A DNA stretch of 63,068 bases, filler included. It is 5 parts of 5 records of this genome, joined end to end, with 100 filler letters (N's around TTAATTAATTAA, not from the genome) between each part and the next. Parts side by side here need not be neighbours in the genome. Positions count along the whole stretch, not along the records: positions 38,091 to 56,140 come from DRR723986_10721; 4 more parts are not named here. One strand, 5' to 3'. Positions within the stretch are counted from its first letter, which is position 1. The number at the start of each line of letters is the position of its first letter. Positions 40,396-51,900 of this stretch are shown here, one piece after another. The position numbers and the translations under genes were made by a program. Below the pieces are notes generated by a model that saw nothing but the letters and a program-made list of their open reading frames with translations, did no database searches and had not been told where the DNA came from.

Positions 40396-41445
40396 ATGCT
40401 GCTGCCCTATTCAATTGTTCGTCCCGCACTCTTTTCGCTCGATCCTGAGAAAGCGCATCACGTTACTTTCAGCAATTTGCAAATGTTGCGCAAACTCGGT
40501 TTGCTGAAGCTATTTTCTCCCAAGGCTGTGGCCGATCCGGTGCAAGTGATGGGTATCGAGTTTCCAAATCGAGTGGGTTTGGCTGCAGGGCTGGACAAAG
40601 ACGCAGCCTACATCAGCGAACTGGGACTGATGGGCTTTGGCTTTCTTGAAGTAGGTACGGTAACACCCAAACCACAGGCGGGTAACCCTCAACCACGTCT
40701 GTTTCGCCTGCCCAAGGCCAATGCAATGATTAATCGCATGGGTTTTAACAATCATGGTGTGGATACACTGATACAAAACATCAAGGCCAGCAATTATCCG
40801 GGTGTACTGGGGATCAATATTGGAAAAAATGCGGTCACACCGGTAGAAAATGCGAGCGATGATTATCTCGCTGCACTCGAGGCCGTGTATCCATACGCCA
40901 CTTACATCACAGTGAACATCTCCTCGCCTAACACCAAAAATTTGCGCGACTTGCAAGGTGGAGACAGCCTGGATGTTCTATTGGGTTCGCTGAAAGAAAA
41001 ACAGAAAGCGCTGGCTGATGAACATGGCCTTTACAAACCCATGGCCCTGAAAATTGCCCCGGACCTCAATGACGAACAAATTGACGCAATTGCCAAACGA
41101 CTGACTCATTTTGGATTTGATGGTGTGATTGCGACCAACACCACGATTGACAAAACCAGCGTGGAGAATCTCCCGCACGGTCAAGAACAAGGTGGATTAA
41201 GCGGCGCTCCGGTACTGGAGAAATCAACTCATGTGATCAAACGCTTGTACGCCGAACTGGGAGATGACATTCCAATCATCGGCGTGGGTGGAATTTCAAG
41301 CGGCGCGCATGCAGTGGAAAAAATACGTGCAGGTGCCAAACTCATTCAAATTTATACTGGCCTGATCTACAAAGGTCCTGAACTGGTTACCGAATGTGCA
41401 GCCACGATTCGCGTCAATTGCAAATCCCAAGCGCGCAAGCAATAA
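40396..41445 (+). CDS. pyrD: Quinone-dependent dihydroorotate dehydrogenase
   Basis: [28 protein letters not shown] and GGLSG motifs. Confidence 0.96.
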   Translation: MLLPYSIVRPALFSLDPEKAHHVTFSNLQMLRKLGLLKLFSPKAVADPVQVMGIEFPNRVGLAAGLDKDAAYISELGLMGFGFLEVGTVTPKPQAGNPQPRLFRLPKANAMINRMGFNNHGVDTLIQNIKASNYPGVLGINIGKNAVTPVENASDDYLAALEAVYPYATYITVNISSPNTKNLRDLQGGDSLDVLLGSLKEKQKALADEHGLYKPMALKIAPDLNDEQIDAIAKRLTHFGFDGVIATNTTIDKTSVENLPHGQEQGGLSGAPVLEKSTHVIKRLYAELGDDIPIIGVGGISSGAHAVEKIRAGAKLIQIYTGLIYKGPELVTECAATIRVNCKSQARKQ

Positions 41446-41473
41446 AAAAACGGCCTTCATGAGGCCGCTTTTT
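41444..41473. terminator. Bidirectional terminator between pyrD and lutB
   Basis: AAAAAAACGGCCT-TCATG-AGGCCGCTTTTT. Confidence 0.75.
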
Positions 41474-41492
41474 CGATCCGGATCAGTGCTGA

Positions 41493-42902
41493 TTATTTCC
41501 GTTTGTGCGTTTGATAGAGGCTTGAAAAAGTTTCACCCGTGGGCACCGGAAAATCACGCTGATCCGTCCAGCCCTTGGCTCCGGGTAAACTGTGAATGCC
41601 TCCTCTGCGTTTTCCCCACCAGGCCATGGCCTTGATGCCCATGCGTGACAAGAATCGATACAACGCAGGCCGCTGTGCCACAAACGCCCACACCTTGAAT
41701 GCCGCTTTCTCTTGCCAGGGTCGAAGCCCCCTCGAGAACTGCTGCTCCCGCAGCTTGCGCAACAAATCAGGCAATGGAATTTTAACCGGGCACACCACAT
41801 GGCACTCGCCACACAAAGTAGCCGCCTGTGGCAAGTCCAGCGCTTTTTCAATGCCGGTGTAACTTGGCGTAAGAACCGATCCCATCGGGCCGGGATAAAC
41901 CCAACCGTAGGCATGACCACCGATTTTTTGATACACCGGGCAGTGATTCATGCAAGCACCGCACTTGATGCAGCGAAGCATTTCTTCAAATTCGCCACCG
42001 AGCAGTCCAGTGCGACCACCATCCAAAATCACAAAATACATGTGCTCGGGGCCGTCCAGATCGCCTTGCCGCTTGGGACCGGTCAATAGAGAGACATAGT
42101 TGGAAATGCTTTGACCGGTCGCCGAGCGCGGTAGCAAGCGAATCAACGTGGCAAAGTCTTCGAGGGTGGGCACGACTTTTTCAACGCCAGTGATGGCCAC
42201 ATGCACGCGGGGGTTAATGGTACACATACCCTCGTTGCCCTCGTTCGTAACCAAGGCCACTGAACCTGTGTCAGCTATGATGAAGTTGCCGCCTGTGACA
42301 CCCATGTCTGCAGCCAAAAACTGAGGGCGCAGAATTTCACGTGCCTCTCGGGTCATTTCGGCAATGTCTGTTTTACGGGGTAAATGGTGATGCTTTTCAA
42401 ACAGGTCAGCCACCTGCTCTTTGTCTTTGTGCACCACGGGCGCAATAATGTGGCTGGGGCGCTCGTTGTCGTTGATTTGAAGAATGTATTCGCCGAGATC
42501 GGTTTCGCGCACTTTCACATCCGCCGCCTCAAGCGCTTTGTTCAATGCCATTTCTTCAGTCACCATCGACTTCGATTTGATCACCGATTTCACATTGTGC
42601 TTTTTCGCAATTTTCACAACCAGCTGGGCTGCCTCTTGCGGTGTGCGTGCAAACAATACCTTGGCACCAGTCTCGGCTGCTTTCTGTTCAAACAATTCAA
42701 GCCACACATCCAGGTTCTTGATGCTTCGGTTGCGAATTTCAACTGCCGCAGACCGAGTACCCTCAAAATCTTCCAGCTCCAGAATACTGGTGGCTCGTGC
42801 ATTCACAAACTTTGAAGACAAGCGTTTCAAGTTTTCCTGCAAACGCGGATCATTCAGCTTTTCACTGGCCTTGCGTTCAAAAAACATGCTTTGTACTTGC
42901 AT
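41493..42902 (-). CDS. lutB: LutB/LldF/YkgF L-lactate utilisation iron-sulfur protein
   Basis: KSKSMVTEE, ETDLGEYI, PSHIIAP, CIKCGACMNHCP and TLCGECHVVCP motifs. Confidence 0.92.
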   Translation of the reverse strand: MQVQSMFFERKASEKLNDPRLQENLKRLSSKFVNARATSILELEDFEGTRSAAVEIRNRSIKNLDVWLELFEQKAAETGAKVLFARTPQEAAQLVVKIAKKHNVKSVIKSKSMVTEEMALNKALEAADVKVRETDLGEYILQINDNERPSHIIAPVVHKDKEQVADLFEKHHHLPRKTDIAEMTREAREILRPQFLAADMGVTGGNFIIADTGSVALVTNEGNEGMCTINPRVHVAITGVEKVVPTLEDFATLIRLLPRSATGQSISNYVSLLTGPKRQGDLDGPEHMYFVILDGGRTGLLGGEFEEMLRCIKCGACMNHCPVYQKIGGHAYGWVYPGPMGSVLTPSYTGIEKALDLPQAATLCGECHVVCPVKIPLPDLLRKLREQQFSRGLRPWQEKAAFKVWAFVAQRPALYRFLSRMGIKAMAWWGKRRGGIHSLPGAKGWTDQRDFPVPTGETFSSLYQTHKRK

Positions 42903-42919
42903 GGTGTTACTGCCCCACT

Positions 42920-43660
42920 TTAAATTTGACCGGGCTTGCGGCCCGTGAGCAATTCGGCCACATGCAACACCTGCGTGTTGTCACCCATGCGGCGCAATCG
43001 GCCTTCAATATTCAACATACAGCCCAGGTCGCCCAACACCACAGCCTGTGCACCGGTCGCTTGTACCTGCTCGCACTTGTCGGTACAAATTGCGCTGGAA
43101 ACCTCGCCATACTTCAAGGCGAACGTGCCACCAAAACCGCAGCACTGCCGACTGTCTTTCATTTCAAGAATTTCTACGCCACCCATTTTGCCAATCAAGG
43201 TGCGGGGTTGATTTTGCACACCCAACTCGCGCAGCCCACTGCAAGAATCATGATAGGTAATCTGTTTAAGCTCGCTCACCCCTAGCTTGACCTTGTCTAC
43301 ACCCAGCACATTGACCAAAAAGTCAGTGAGCTCGTAAGTGCGTGCAGCCAAACGGGCCGCGCGGATCTTCAAATCCGGGTCGTTCTTGAACACTTCGGTG
43401 TAATGGATTTTTGTCATGCCAGCGCAAGAACCAGAAGGCGCAACCACATAATCAAACTGCTCGAATTCCGCCAACCATTTTTGAGCCAGCTTGTGCGTAC
43501 TCTCCTGGTCACCTGAATTCCAGGCAGGTTGACCACAACAGGTTTGGGCCTGAGGTACCACCACCTCGCAACCGGCTGACTCCAGCAATTCGACGGTCGA
43601 AAAACCGATAGAGGGCCGCATGGAATCCACAAGGCAAGTAACAAACAAACCGACGCGCAA
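42920..43660 (-). CDS. lutA: LutA/LldE/YkgE CCG-domain Fe-S protein
   Basis: LFVTCLVD, QTCCGQP, PSGSC, YHDSC, CCGFGGTF and DLGC motifs; TTG start. Confidence 0.9.
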   Translation of the reverse strand: MRVGLFVTCLVDSMRPSIGFSTVELLESAGCEVVVPQAQTCCGQPAWNSGDQESTHKLAQKWLAEFEQFDYVVAPSGSCAGMTKIHYTEVFKNDPDLKIRAARLAARTYELTDFLVNVLGVDKVKLGVSELKQITYHDSCSGLRELGVQNQPRTLIGKMGGVEILEMKDSRQCCGFGGTFALKYGEVSSAICTDKCEQVQATGAQAVVLGDLGCMLNIEGRLRRMGDNTQVLHVAELLTGRKPGQI

Positions 43661-43798
43661 GGCAATTCCCCAAAATGTCTAGAAACCAGTTAAGTGTATG
43701 CAGCATGCCGCTTTCCAGCCAGTAGTGATAACCATAACGAGTGACGTATTTCACAATATGGTTTAAACTTTGCACCGGATGAAAAGGAACTACCCCGT

Positions 43799-44599
43799 AT
43801 GAGCGAAGAGTCGATTGGACGCACCAGTATTCAGGTGATTGAGCGAATGATGCAACTTTTGGATGCCTTGGCTGAACACCAAGATCCCGTTGCATTGAAA
43901 GACTTGGCGCGCGACACCAAGCTACACCCCTCGACTGCTCACCGCATTTTGAATGACCTTGTGGCTTGCAGACTGGTTGACCGGACAGACCCTGGTCTGT
44001 ATCGCTTGGGTATGCGACTACTTGAGCTGGGCAATTTGGTGAAAGCCCGGTTGAATGTGCGCGACGCTGCCCTTGAACTGATGCGCAAATTGCACCGCTT
44101 GACCGGTCAAACGGTGAACCTTTCGGTTCGGCAAGGCGACGAAATCGTGTACGTTGACCGAGCGTACAGCGAGCGCTCAGGTATGCAGGTGGTACGTGCA
44201 ATTGGAGGCCGCGCGCCCTTGCACCTTACTTCGACCGGCAAACTTTTTCTGGCCAATGAGTCGCCTGAAAATCTGAAGCTTTATGCGGACAGAACCACCT
44301 TGCGCGGCACCACCTTGAACAGCTTGACCACACTTGAAAAGCTGGAAAAGGAACTGTTGCTGGTAAGAACAGAGGGGTTCGCGCGCGACAACGAAGAGCT
44401 TGAGATGGGTGTTCGGTGTATGGCGGCCGGCATTTATGACGACTCGTCAAAACTGATTGCAGGTCTGTCGATATCTGCGCCGGCAGATCGAATTCAAGAA
44501 GACTGGCTACAAGAGCTAATCCACACTGCACAGCGCATCAGTGCATCACTGGGATGGCAGGGTCGAGTGACCCCACCCAGCGGGCGATTCCGAATTTAG
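43799..44599 (+). CDS. IclR family transcriptional regulator
   Basis: SIQVIER..LHPSTAHRIL HTH, APLHLTSTGK and DNEELEMGVRCMAA motifs. Confidence 0.93.
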   Translation: MSEESIGRTSIQVIERMMQLLDALAEHQDPVALKDLARDTKLHPSTAHRILNDLVACRLVDRTDPGLYRLGMRLLELGNLVKARLNVRDAALELMRKLHRLTGQTVNLSVRQGDEIVYVDRAYSERSGMQVVRAIGGRAPLHLTSTGKLFLANESPENLKLYADRTTLRGTTLNSLTTLEKLEKELLLVRTEGFARDNEELEMGVRCMAAGIYDDSSKLIAGLSISAPADRIQEDWLQELIHTAQRISASLGWQGRVTPPSGRFRI

Positions 44600-44601
44600 C
44601 T

Positions 44602-45483
44602 TTATTTTGTTACATATGAGGCCGTGCTAGGTGCCACGGCCATCACATATTCGCGAATGCGCTCAGCATCGGCAAATCGGGCCTGAGAGCCCAAAGCATC
44701 CAGCAATACTATAACCAGGTTACGATCGCCTACCCTGGCCTTCATCACCAGACATCGACCGGCTTCATTGATGAAACCAGTCTTTTGAACTTGAATATCC
44801 CACTCCTTGTTTTTGATCAGGCGATTGGTATTTCTGAAGTTCAATTGGCCTTTCCCCGTCTGAACCGAGAACTGGGGGTCAGTGGAAAACTGGCGAATCA
44901 ATGGGAAACGTTGGGCATGCAAAATCATGCGGGCCAAATCGTTGGCACTGGATTTGTTTTCCACCGAAAGTCCCGTGGTTTCCGCGAAGTTCGTGTTAAA
45001 CATTCTGAGCGAAGCCGCCCGACGGTTCATCTCAGCGACACATGCCGCCAAACCACCGGGATAGCTGCGCCCCAAGGCGGAGGCAGCGCGGTTTTCGGAA
45101 GCCATGAGAGCAAGATGAATCAGTTCACGACGGGTGAACTCACTGCCAGGCTTCAAGCGTGATCGGGTATTTTTGTAGTAATCGATGTCTTCGGTGGTGA
45201 TCGTAATGACCTCATCCAGATCGAGCCCGGCTTCAAGCGTCACCACGACGGTCATGATCTTGGTAATTGATGCGATTGGAACCACTGCCGAGGGGTTTTT
45301 TGCATAAAGCACTTCGAGTGAGTCTGCATCGGCCACCAGGGCCACAGAGCTGTTCAGCGACAGCGGGTCATGCGCTTCTTTGAGATTTGCCCGTTCAGAC
45401 TGCCCAGGGGCGGCGTGCACAGCGGGGCTTGACACCATGGATAAAGCAAGAAGTGTTGAGCCGAGTAATGCTTTGTAGATCAT
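44602..45483 (-). CDS. pbpG: D-alanyl-D-alanine endopeptidase PBP7
   Basis: ASITK (SxxK), SEN (SxN) and KTGFINEAGRCL motifs. Confidence 0.88.
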   Translation of the reverse strand: MIYKALLGSTLLALSMVSSPAVHAAPGQSERANLKEAHDPLSLNSSVALVADADSLEVLYAKNPSAVVPIASITKIMTVVVTLEAGLDLDEVITITTEDIDYYKNTRSRLKPGSEFTRRELIHLALMASENRAASALGRSYPGGLAACVAEMNRRAASLRMFNTNFAETTGLSVENKSSANDLARMILHAQRFPLIRQFSTDPQFSVQTGKGQLNFRNTNRLIKNKEWDIQVQKTGFINEAGRCLVMKARVGDRNLVIVLLDALGSQARFADAERIREYVMAVAPSTASYVTK

Positions 45484-45610
45484 GGTGTATTGTCTTTGTT
45501 ATTCAAACGAATGTTTTGTTGGATTCTACGCAGAATTGGGTTAACCGCCAAGGCCCCAGATCGAGTGATAACAGGGTTTTAAGTCATCTAATTCGAGCGA
45601 TTTCTTAAAT

Positions 45611-46591
45611 CTACCTGTCCCATGTAGTGTTTACTGCCTCTTGATGGTGCTCGCCATACTCAGCCATGCGCTTGATGACATCAAGCTGCAAGTCTGTTAA
45701 GTGCTCAAGATCTGGGAAATATCCGCCCGCCATCACCGCAGCCACAGGCAACTGGCGTTGCCGGGCCCATTTCAATACCATCTGATCCCGCAGCAAAATA
45801 CCCTCATCGCTCAGGGCCAGCTTTCCGAGACGATCTGCTCGATGAACGTCAAGCCCCGCCACATACAAAATCAAGCTTGGCATGAATCGTTCACCGATCA
45901 GCCCCAAAGCCGTTTCAAGTTGAGCCAGGTATTCATCGTCTCCAGTCCCATCGGGCAATTCGATGTCCAAATCACTTGTCTCTTTTTGAAAAGGGTAATT
46001 TTTCTCCCCGTGCATTGAAAAGGTAAACACACTGTCGTCATTGTTCAATATTTCAGCTGTTCCATCACCCTGATGTACATCCAGGTCGATCACGAGTACG
46101 TTGCAGGTGCGACTACCCATACCTGACTGCGACTGTTTACTTTTATAAAGCCTGGAGACTCCGTCAGTCTGATAAACGCGAGCAGCCACTGCCAAATCAT
46201 TGAATACACAAAAACCACCCCCTTTGCCCCGCTTGGCATGATGCGTACCCCCCGCCAAATTAACCGAAGCTCCGTGCTGCAGCGCACTTCGAACGGCGGC
46301 CACGGTGGCACCCACGGAGCGACGAGAACGCTCAACCATTCGCTCTGACCACGGAAATCCAATGTCACGCTGTTCATCTCTGGAAACATTGCCCGTCTCT
46401 ATGCGTTCAATGTAATGAGGGCAATGCGCCAAGGCCAATTGCCCAGGTGTTGCCGCATCTGGTACAACAAGCCTTATAGAACAAACACTTGAATACACCT
46501 TGTCCCGAAGAATTCGATACTTCTCCATCGGAAAACGGTGCCCTGAAGGCAAAGGGAGAACAAATTCGTCGGTATAGAAAGCTTCAATCAT
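45611..46591 (-). CDS. Histone deacetylase family protein
   Basis: GHRFPM, GGTHHA, GFCVFND, DLDVHQGDGT and MAGGY motifs. Confidence 0.93.
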   Translation of the reverse strand: MIEAFYTDEFVLPLPSGHRFPMEKYRILRDKVYSSVCSIRLVVPDAATPGQLALAHCPHYIERIETGNVSRDEQRDIGFPWSERMVERSRRSVGATVAAVRSALQHGASVNLAGGTHHAKRGKGGGFCVFNDLAVAARVYQTDGVSRLYKSKQSQSGMGSRTCNVLVIDLDVHQGDGTAEILNNDDSVFTFSMHGEKNYPFQKETSDLDIELPDGTGDDEYLAQLETALGLIGERFMPSLILYVAGLDVHRADRLGKLALSDEGILLRDQMVLKWARQRQLPVAAVMAGGYFPDLEHLTDLQLDVIKRMAEYGEHHQEAVNTTWDR

Positions 46592-46621
46592 GATTAATAC
46601 AACAGAACGAACTCAGATTAT

Positions 46622-46684
46622 TGCGTTGCAACATTTTTGTTGACATCAGGATTTTTTTTGGTAGAATTCGTTTTGTGCACCGCA
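46622..46684 (+). promoter_or_regulatory. phaP promoter flanked by two putative PhaR boxes
   Basis: TTGACA (46640)-N16-TAGAAT (46662). TGC-N3-GCA palindromes at 46622 and 46676. Confidence 0.65.
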
Positions 46685-46736
46685 TCAAACGGTGTCGAAA
46701 ATAACCCTAGTGGTACGAAACCTGACGGAGCAAACT

Positions 46737-47294
46737 ATGATGATGACCCCCGAACAATTTCTAGACGTTCAAAAAGCCAACCTTGAAAAAATCCTGGGTC
46801 TTAGCCAGCAATCGTTCAGCAATGTCGAAAAAGTAGTTGAGCTGAATCTTAACGCTGTTAAGTCTTACATGGAAGAGAGTGTTGAGGCCGTTAAAGCCCT
46901 GTCCTCTGCAAAAGACATCCAGGAATTCGTTGCGGTATCTACATCAGTAACACAACCTTTGTCAGAGAAAGCCGTTTCCTATGGCAAAGACCTGTACACC
47001 CTGTCCTCCGGCATTGCTTCCGAAGCCGCCATGCTGGTTGAAGAACAAGTGTCCGAGAACAACAAGAAATTCGTTGAGCTGTTTGAATCAGCCAGCAAGA
47101 ATGCTCCTGCCGGTTCAGAAAGTGCAGTTGCATTGATGAAATCAGCAATCACTGCCGCAAACACTGCTTACGACAGCGTAAGCAAGGCCACCAAACAAGC
47201 TGTTGAAATGGCTGAAGCCAACGTGGAAGCCGCAACCAAGGCAACCATCAAGGCCACCAACACAGCAACAACCAAGGCCCGCAAAGCAGCATAA
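46737..47294 (+). CDS. phaP: Phasin (PHA granule-associated protein)
   Basis: MTPEQF..QKANLE..VEKVVELNL..KNAPAGSESAVA, with an Ala/Lys/Thr-rich tail. Confidence 0.92.
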   Translation: MMMTPEQFLDVQKANLEKILGLSQQSFSNVEKVVELNLNAVKSYMEESVEAVKALSSAKDIQEFVAVSTSVTQPLSEKAVSYGKDLYTLSSGIASEAAMLVEEQVSENNKKFVELFESASKNAPAGSESAVALMKSAITAANTAYDSVSKATKQAVEMAEANVEAATKATIKATNTATTKARKAA

Positions 47295-47345
47295 GTCTGT
47301 TTTGCCTGTACAGATGTCTCCTCGTTCCTCCTGGAACGAATTCTC

Positions 47346-47379
47346 AAAGCCTGCCCTCTTTTGTGGCAGGCTTTTTTTT
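47346..47379 (+). terminator. Rho-independent terminator after phaP
   Basis: AAAGCCTGCC..GGCAGGCTTTTTTTT. Confidence 0.85.
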
Positions 47380-48160
47380 ATTCGATCAGCTCAAATTCAC
47401 AACGCATGCTTTCCAGAACCTGAAGAAGCTCTGCGAACGCTTTCGACACCACTTCTTTCTTACCGAGGTCACCCCTGGCTTTAACTCCAAGCTCAATGTG
47501 GCGTGCCATTTTGTTGTCGCCAACACTGGGCAGGCTATACAACCTACATTCAGGAAATGTCGCCTCGAGTTGTTCCATGACAGGCGTAATTCGCGCCTCT
47601 GGCGTGTTGAATAACAACAAGGCTTTCTTGTACTCAAGCTCCTGATGATGAAAGTGGGGATAAAGTGTATCCAGCACCCATTCAATCATGGGCCAAGCCA
47701 TCACGGGAAAACCTGGGACAAAGTGATGTTGCCGCACAGTAAACCCTGCAATCCGATTGTACGGGTTGGGTATCAGACTGGCTCCAGCCGGGAAATCTGC
47801 CATACGCAATCGAAACTCATCCAATGGCTGGCCGCTCTCCTCACATCGTTGACGAATCAGATCCACGGCACCTTCATGGCGTACGATTGGCAAACTCAAG
47901 GCTTGAGCGGCCGCCTGCCGAGTGTGGTCATCAGGCGTGCCACCGATGCCACCGCAACTCAATACAATGTGTTCACTGGCGAAGGAACGCCTCAAGGTAT
48001 CAGTTAAAAATTCCCTGTCATCACCCACCATTTGAACCCACGACAAATGCAGCCCGCGGGCCGACAGGCGTTCAATCACGGCTGGTATGTGTTTGTCTTG
48101 CCTTAGGCCGGACAAAATTTCGTCGCCCACAACTATTAAACCTATTTTTGGTACTGCCAT
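47378..48160 (-). CDS. CinA-N/MoCF-domain molybdopterin-binding protein
   Basis: VGDEILSG, GGIGGTPDDHT and HFVPGFP motifs. Confidence 0.88.
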   Translation of the reverse strand: MAVPKIGLIVVGDEILSGLRQDKHIPAVIERLSARGLHLSWVQMVGDDREFLTDTLRRSFASEHIVLSCGGIGGTPDDHTRQAAAQALSLPIVRHEGAVDLIRQRCEESGQPLDEFRLRMADFPAGASLIPNPYNRIAGFTVRQHHFVPGFPVMAWPMIEWVLDTLYPHFHHQELEYKKALLLFNTPEARITPVMEQLEATFPECRLYSLPSVGDNKMARHIELGVKARGDLGKKEVVSKAFAELLQVLESMRCEFELIE

Positions 48161-48173
48161 TGTTTGCTCTTGT

Positions 48174-48938
48174 TTAGTTGGATTCAATCACTGACATATC
48201 AATCGTTTTGTCGTTTCGAACTTGCACAAGCGCGCCCATGTAATGGCGTGTAAAAGCCAGTGCCGACATCACGGGCATAATCAATAAAATTGGCGGAATA
48301 AAACTTAAAAATGCGCAAACCAAACCGATCAACCAAGCGGAGGTGCTGTCGCGCTTCTTGATTTCTTTCATCTCAAGTTTAGTGGCGTGCCCGGCCAATG
48401 AATCGAAGCGCATCACCGCCATTAGCAAATAAGCGGTCAGCAAAACAGGCAATACGAACGCCATACCGGGAATCAACCACAAAGGCAGCGTGACAATCCA
48501 TGCGATGAGAAATACAACAACAGCTTTTAAAGTGACCCACAGGCTCATGACCATGCCCGAGTCTCCCCTCTTTTCAATGCCCTGAAATTCCCGCTCGGTC
48601 AGGTAATTAACTACTGGTGGAGTGACATACAAACCTGCAAGCAACACGGCAGAAGTGGCGACGATCGGCCATAAAAGCCCAAACACCGCCAAGGGCACCA
48701 GAATTAATTTTAACCAACCCATGAATGCGGCATCCGCTGCCACTGCCTCGGCGGAGAAATCAAAGCCCAGGTAACCCAAGGCCCAAGTGGCGGCACTGAC
48801 CAAAGGATCAATGGATAACCAGATAATCACCAACCAGAACACGGATGCAATTGCCACAGACACAAGAGTCAGCATCAGCATTTTCGGGCGAAATGAATCA
48901 ACCAGTGCGTTAAAAAGAATGGACATTGCGTTGTTCAT
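48174..48938 (-). CDS. EI24/CysZ-like membrane protein
   Basis: Multiple TM helices and TLPLWLIP; lies next to the CinA-like gene. Confidence 0.7.
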   Translation of the reverse strand: MNNAMSILFNALVDSFRPKMLMLTLVSVAIASVFWLVIIWLSIDPLVSAATWALGYLGFDFSAEAVAADAAFMGWLKLILVPLAVFGLLWPIVATSAVLLAGLYVTPPVVNYLTEREFQGIEKRGDSGMVMSLWVTLKAVVVFLIAWIVTLPLWLIPGMAFVLPVLLTAYLLMAVMRFDSLAGHATKLEMKEIKKRDSTSAWLIGLVCAFLSFIPPILLIMPVMSALAFTRHYMGALVQVRNDKTIDMSVIESN

Positions 48939-48949
48939 CAATATTCCCT

Positions 48950-51900
48950 TTATTGTTGTCGCTTTGCCATGGTTTCCCATGCCTTTTGCAAACGTTTGAC
49001 GGACACAGGCATTGGCGTGCGAAGTTCCTGGGCAAACAGGGAGACCCTCAACTCCTGAAGTTGCCAGCCAAACTGGCTGAGGCTTTCGTCCTCCTGACCT
49101 TTCAAGTGTGAACTGGCACGAACCCAGTGTAATTGAAGATCCATGACATCTTTCATCAACTGTTTATCCCGATCGATTGAATTACGCACTCGCTCCAGAC
49201 GTATTTGCGCAGCTTTCAAATAACGGGGGTAATGGGCCAACTGCTCCCATGGCTTTTTGAGCAGAAAACCCTTGGGTAGCAACCAGTTCAACTGATTTTG
49301 AATGTCGTTAACACACTCGGGGAACGACTTGGACAATGTCTGCAGCTTTTTATTCAGTGCACTGTATTCAGTCAAAATAATAAAAAGAATCTTTCCGATC
49401 TCCTGAGCAATCAGGTTCATTCGGCTCCGCGCTTCCTGTACTTTGACATTGAATTCATCTTGAGTAACAGGCAAACCTCCTGCAAGTGCACTGCGCATTA
49501 ATGTCAGCTTGATCCACTGTTGCTGCAGTTCTTCAGAGGATCCAAGGGGCATATACAGCATGGCGACTTTCTGAAAATCAAGCAGGTTTTTGGTCAGGTA
49601 TTTCAGAGGCTCTTTCAAAGCGATATTGAACAGGCGGAGTACACCGTCAAGGTGCACTTTCCGGGCAATGTTTTCTTCATCGAACACTTCAATGATGCAG
49701 TGGTCACCCATGTCTTTCAACGCCGGATATCCAAAGAAAGTTTGCCCTGCGCGTCGGATCTCCAGCATATCGGGCAAACTACCAAAACTCCAGGTGGTGA
49801 TCGGCTGATCGCTGTATGCGCCTGCATTGCCCGACGGAGGGGATTTGACTGCATTTGCTGAGGGCTTGCTTTTTTCAGAAGAGTGACCAGCGTCATCGAT
49901 CTGCGCACCGACCTGGGCACGGACCTGCTCAACCACGTCTGAACTTTTAAAACTCTCTTGCGCCTTTCGACCCCACTCAGCCTTCAGTGCTGACAAGCTG
50001 CGTTGCATATCCAGTTGGCGCCCATGCTCATCGACCAACTTAAAATTCATGAAATGGTGCGGTGGCAAGGTTTCAATTCGGAAATCGCTGAGCAGCGGAC
50101 GGGCTGGCGTTTCGCTGGCTACGAAATCGCGAAGGCGTTCAAGAAGCGGCTTGTCATAGAGTTTGGAATCAAAGTGCGCTTCGGCAAACTTTTCAGCAAA
50201 CTGCGGTACCGGGACACAGTGACGGCGAACTTTCTGCGGCAAGCTTTTCAGCAAAAGCAATGCTTTTTCTTTCAACATGCCGGGAACCAACCACTCGGTG
50301 CGGCCCACATTCACTTGGTTCAACAACATTAGGGGAATGGTCAGGGTAACCCCATCGCGCGGGCTACCGGGCTCAAAGTGGTAGCTCAAATCAAAGGCCA
50401 AACCGCCCATTTCCAGCTTTTTAGGATAAAACTCGGTGGTAATGTCGCCTGCCTTTTTGCTCAAAAGGTCTTCTTTGTTCAAATAAAGCGCGGCGAGATC
50501 TTCCTTGCTGGCCTGCTTGGCCCAATTTTCCAGGGTTTGCTGGTTGTACACACCAGCGGGAAGCTTGTCATCATAAAACTGCGCAATCAGCCCCTCATCC
50601 ACCAAAATATCCTGACGGCGGGCTTTGTGCTCCAGCTTTTCAAGGTCTTCAATCAGCTTGCGGTTGTGAACATAAAACGGCACGCTGGTTTTGACCTGCC
50701 CGGGCACCAACCCCTCGTGAATCATCAAGCGGCGTGCATCGGCTTGATTAAACCTCGCCAGGCTCACGCGGCGCTGGGAGTAAATAGGCAAACCGTAAAT
50801 GGTGCCGGTTTCCAAGGCAACGGCCTGGCCTGAACCTTTTTCCCAATGCGGATTGTTGTGGTTACGCTTCACCAAATGAGCGCCCACCTTCTCAATCCAA
50901 TCAGGCTGAATTTTGGCCACACTGCGAGCATACAGTCGTGTGGTTTCAACCAGTTCAGCAGCCATGATCCATTTGCCGCCTTTCTTGAACAAATTCGAAC
51001 CGGGGTGAATTGAAAACTTGATGCTTCGCGCCCCAAGGTAGACCGGGTCGGTTTCATGTTTCAACCCAATGTTGCCCAACAAACCCGCCATCAAGGACAT
51101 GTGAATTTGATCGTATTCCGCAGCCTTGGTATTAACAACCCAGTTCTGATCTCTCACCATGGCAGTGAGCTGTTGATGAACCTCGCCCCACTCACGCAAG
51201 CGGTTGGCCGATAAGAATTTGCGCTGAAGCGTGTTTTTCATTTCACGATTCGTCAGCTCTTTTTCTTTTAAATCAACATAAAACTTCCACAACTTCAGAA
51301 AAGACATGAAATCAGATTCGGTGTCCTCAAACTGTTGTTGAGCGTTGTCAGCTGCCTCTTGCGCATCAATTGGGCGGTCTCGCGGGTCTTGAATCGACAA
51401 AGCTGCAGCCAACACCAACAGTTCGCGCAAGCAGCCCCGAACGCTGGCTTCAAACAGCATTCGTGCAATTCGTGGATCAAGCGGCAGCTTGGCCAGTGCT
51501 TTGCCTGTTCTGGTCAGATGCCCTGCATCGTCCAGGGCATTCAGTTCGCTGAGCAACTGATAACCATCCGCAATCGCGCGCCCCATGGGGCGCTGCAAAA
51601 ATGGAAAATCCTCCACCTCAGTCAGGTGCAGGCTTTTCATTCTCAAGATGACGGAAGCCAATGAAGAACGAAGGATTTCCGGATCGGTGTAATCAGCACG
51701 CCCTGCAAAATCCGCGTCGGAATACAAACGAATGCATACCCCGTTGGCAACCCGGCCGCAACGCCCCGCCCGCTGATTGGCCGAGGCCTTGGAAATCCGC
51801 TCCACCTGCAACATTTCGACCTTGTTGCGATAACTGTAGCGCTTCACTCGGGCAAGACCCGAATCAATCACGTAGCGAATGCCTGGTACCGTCAACGAGG

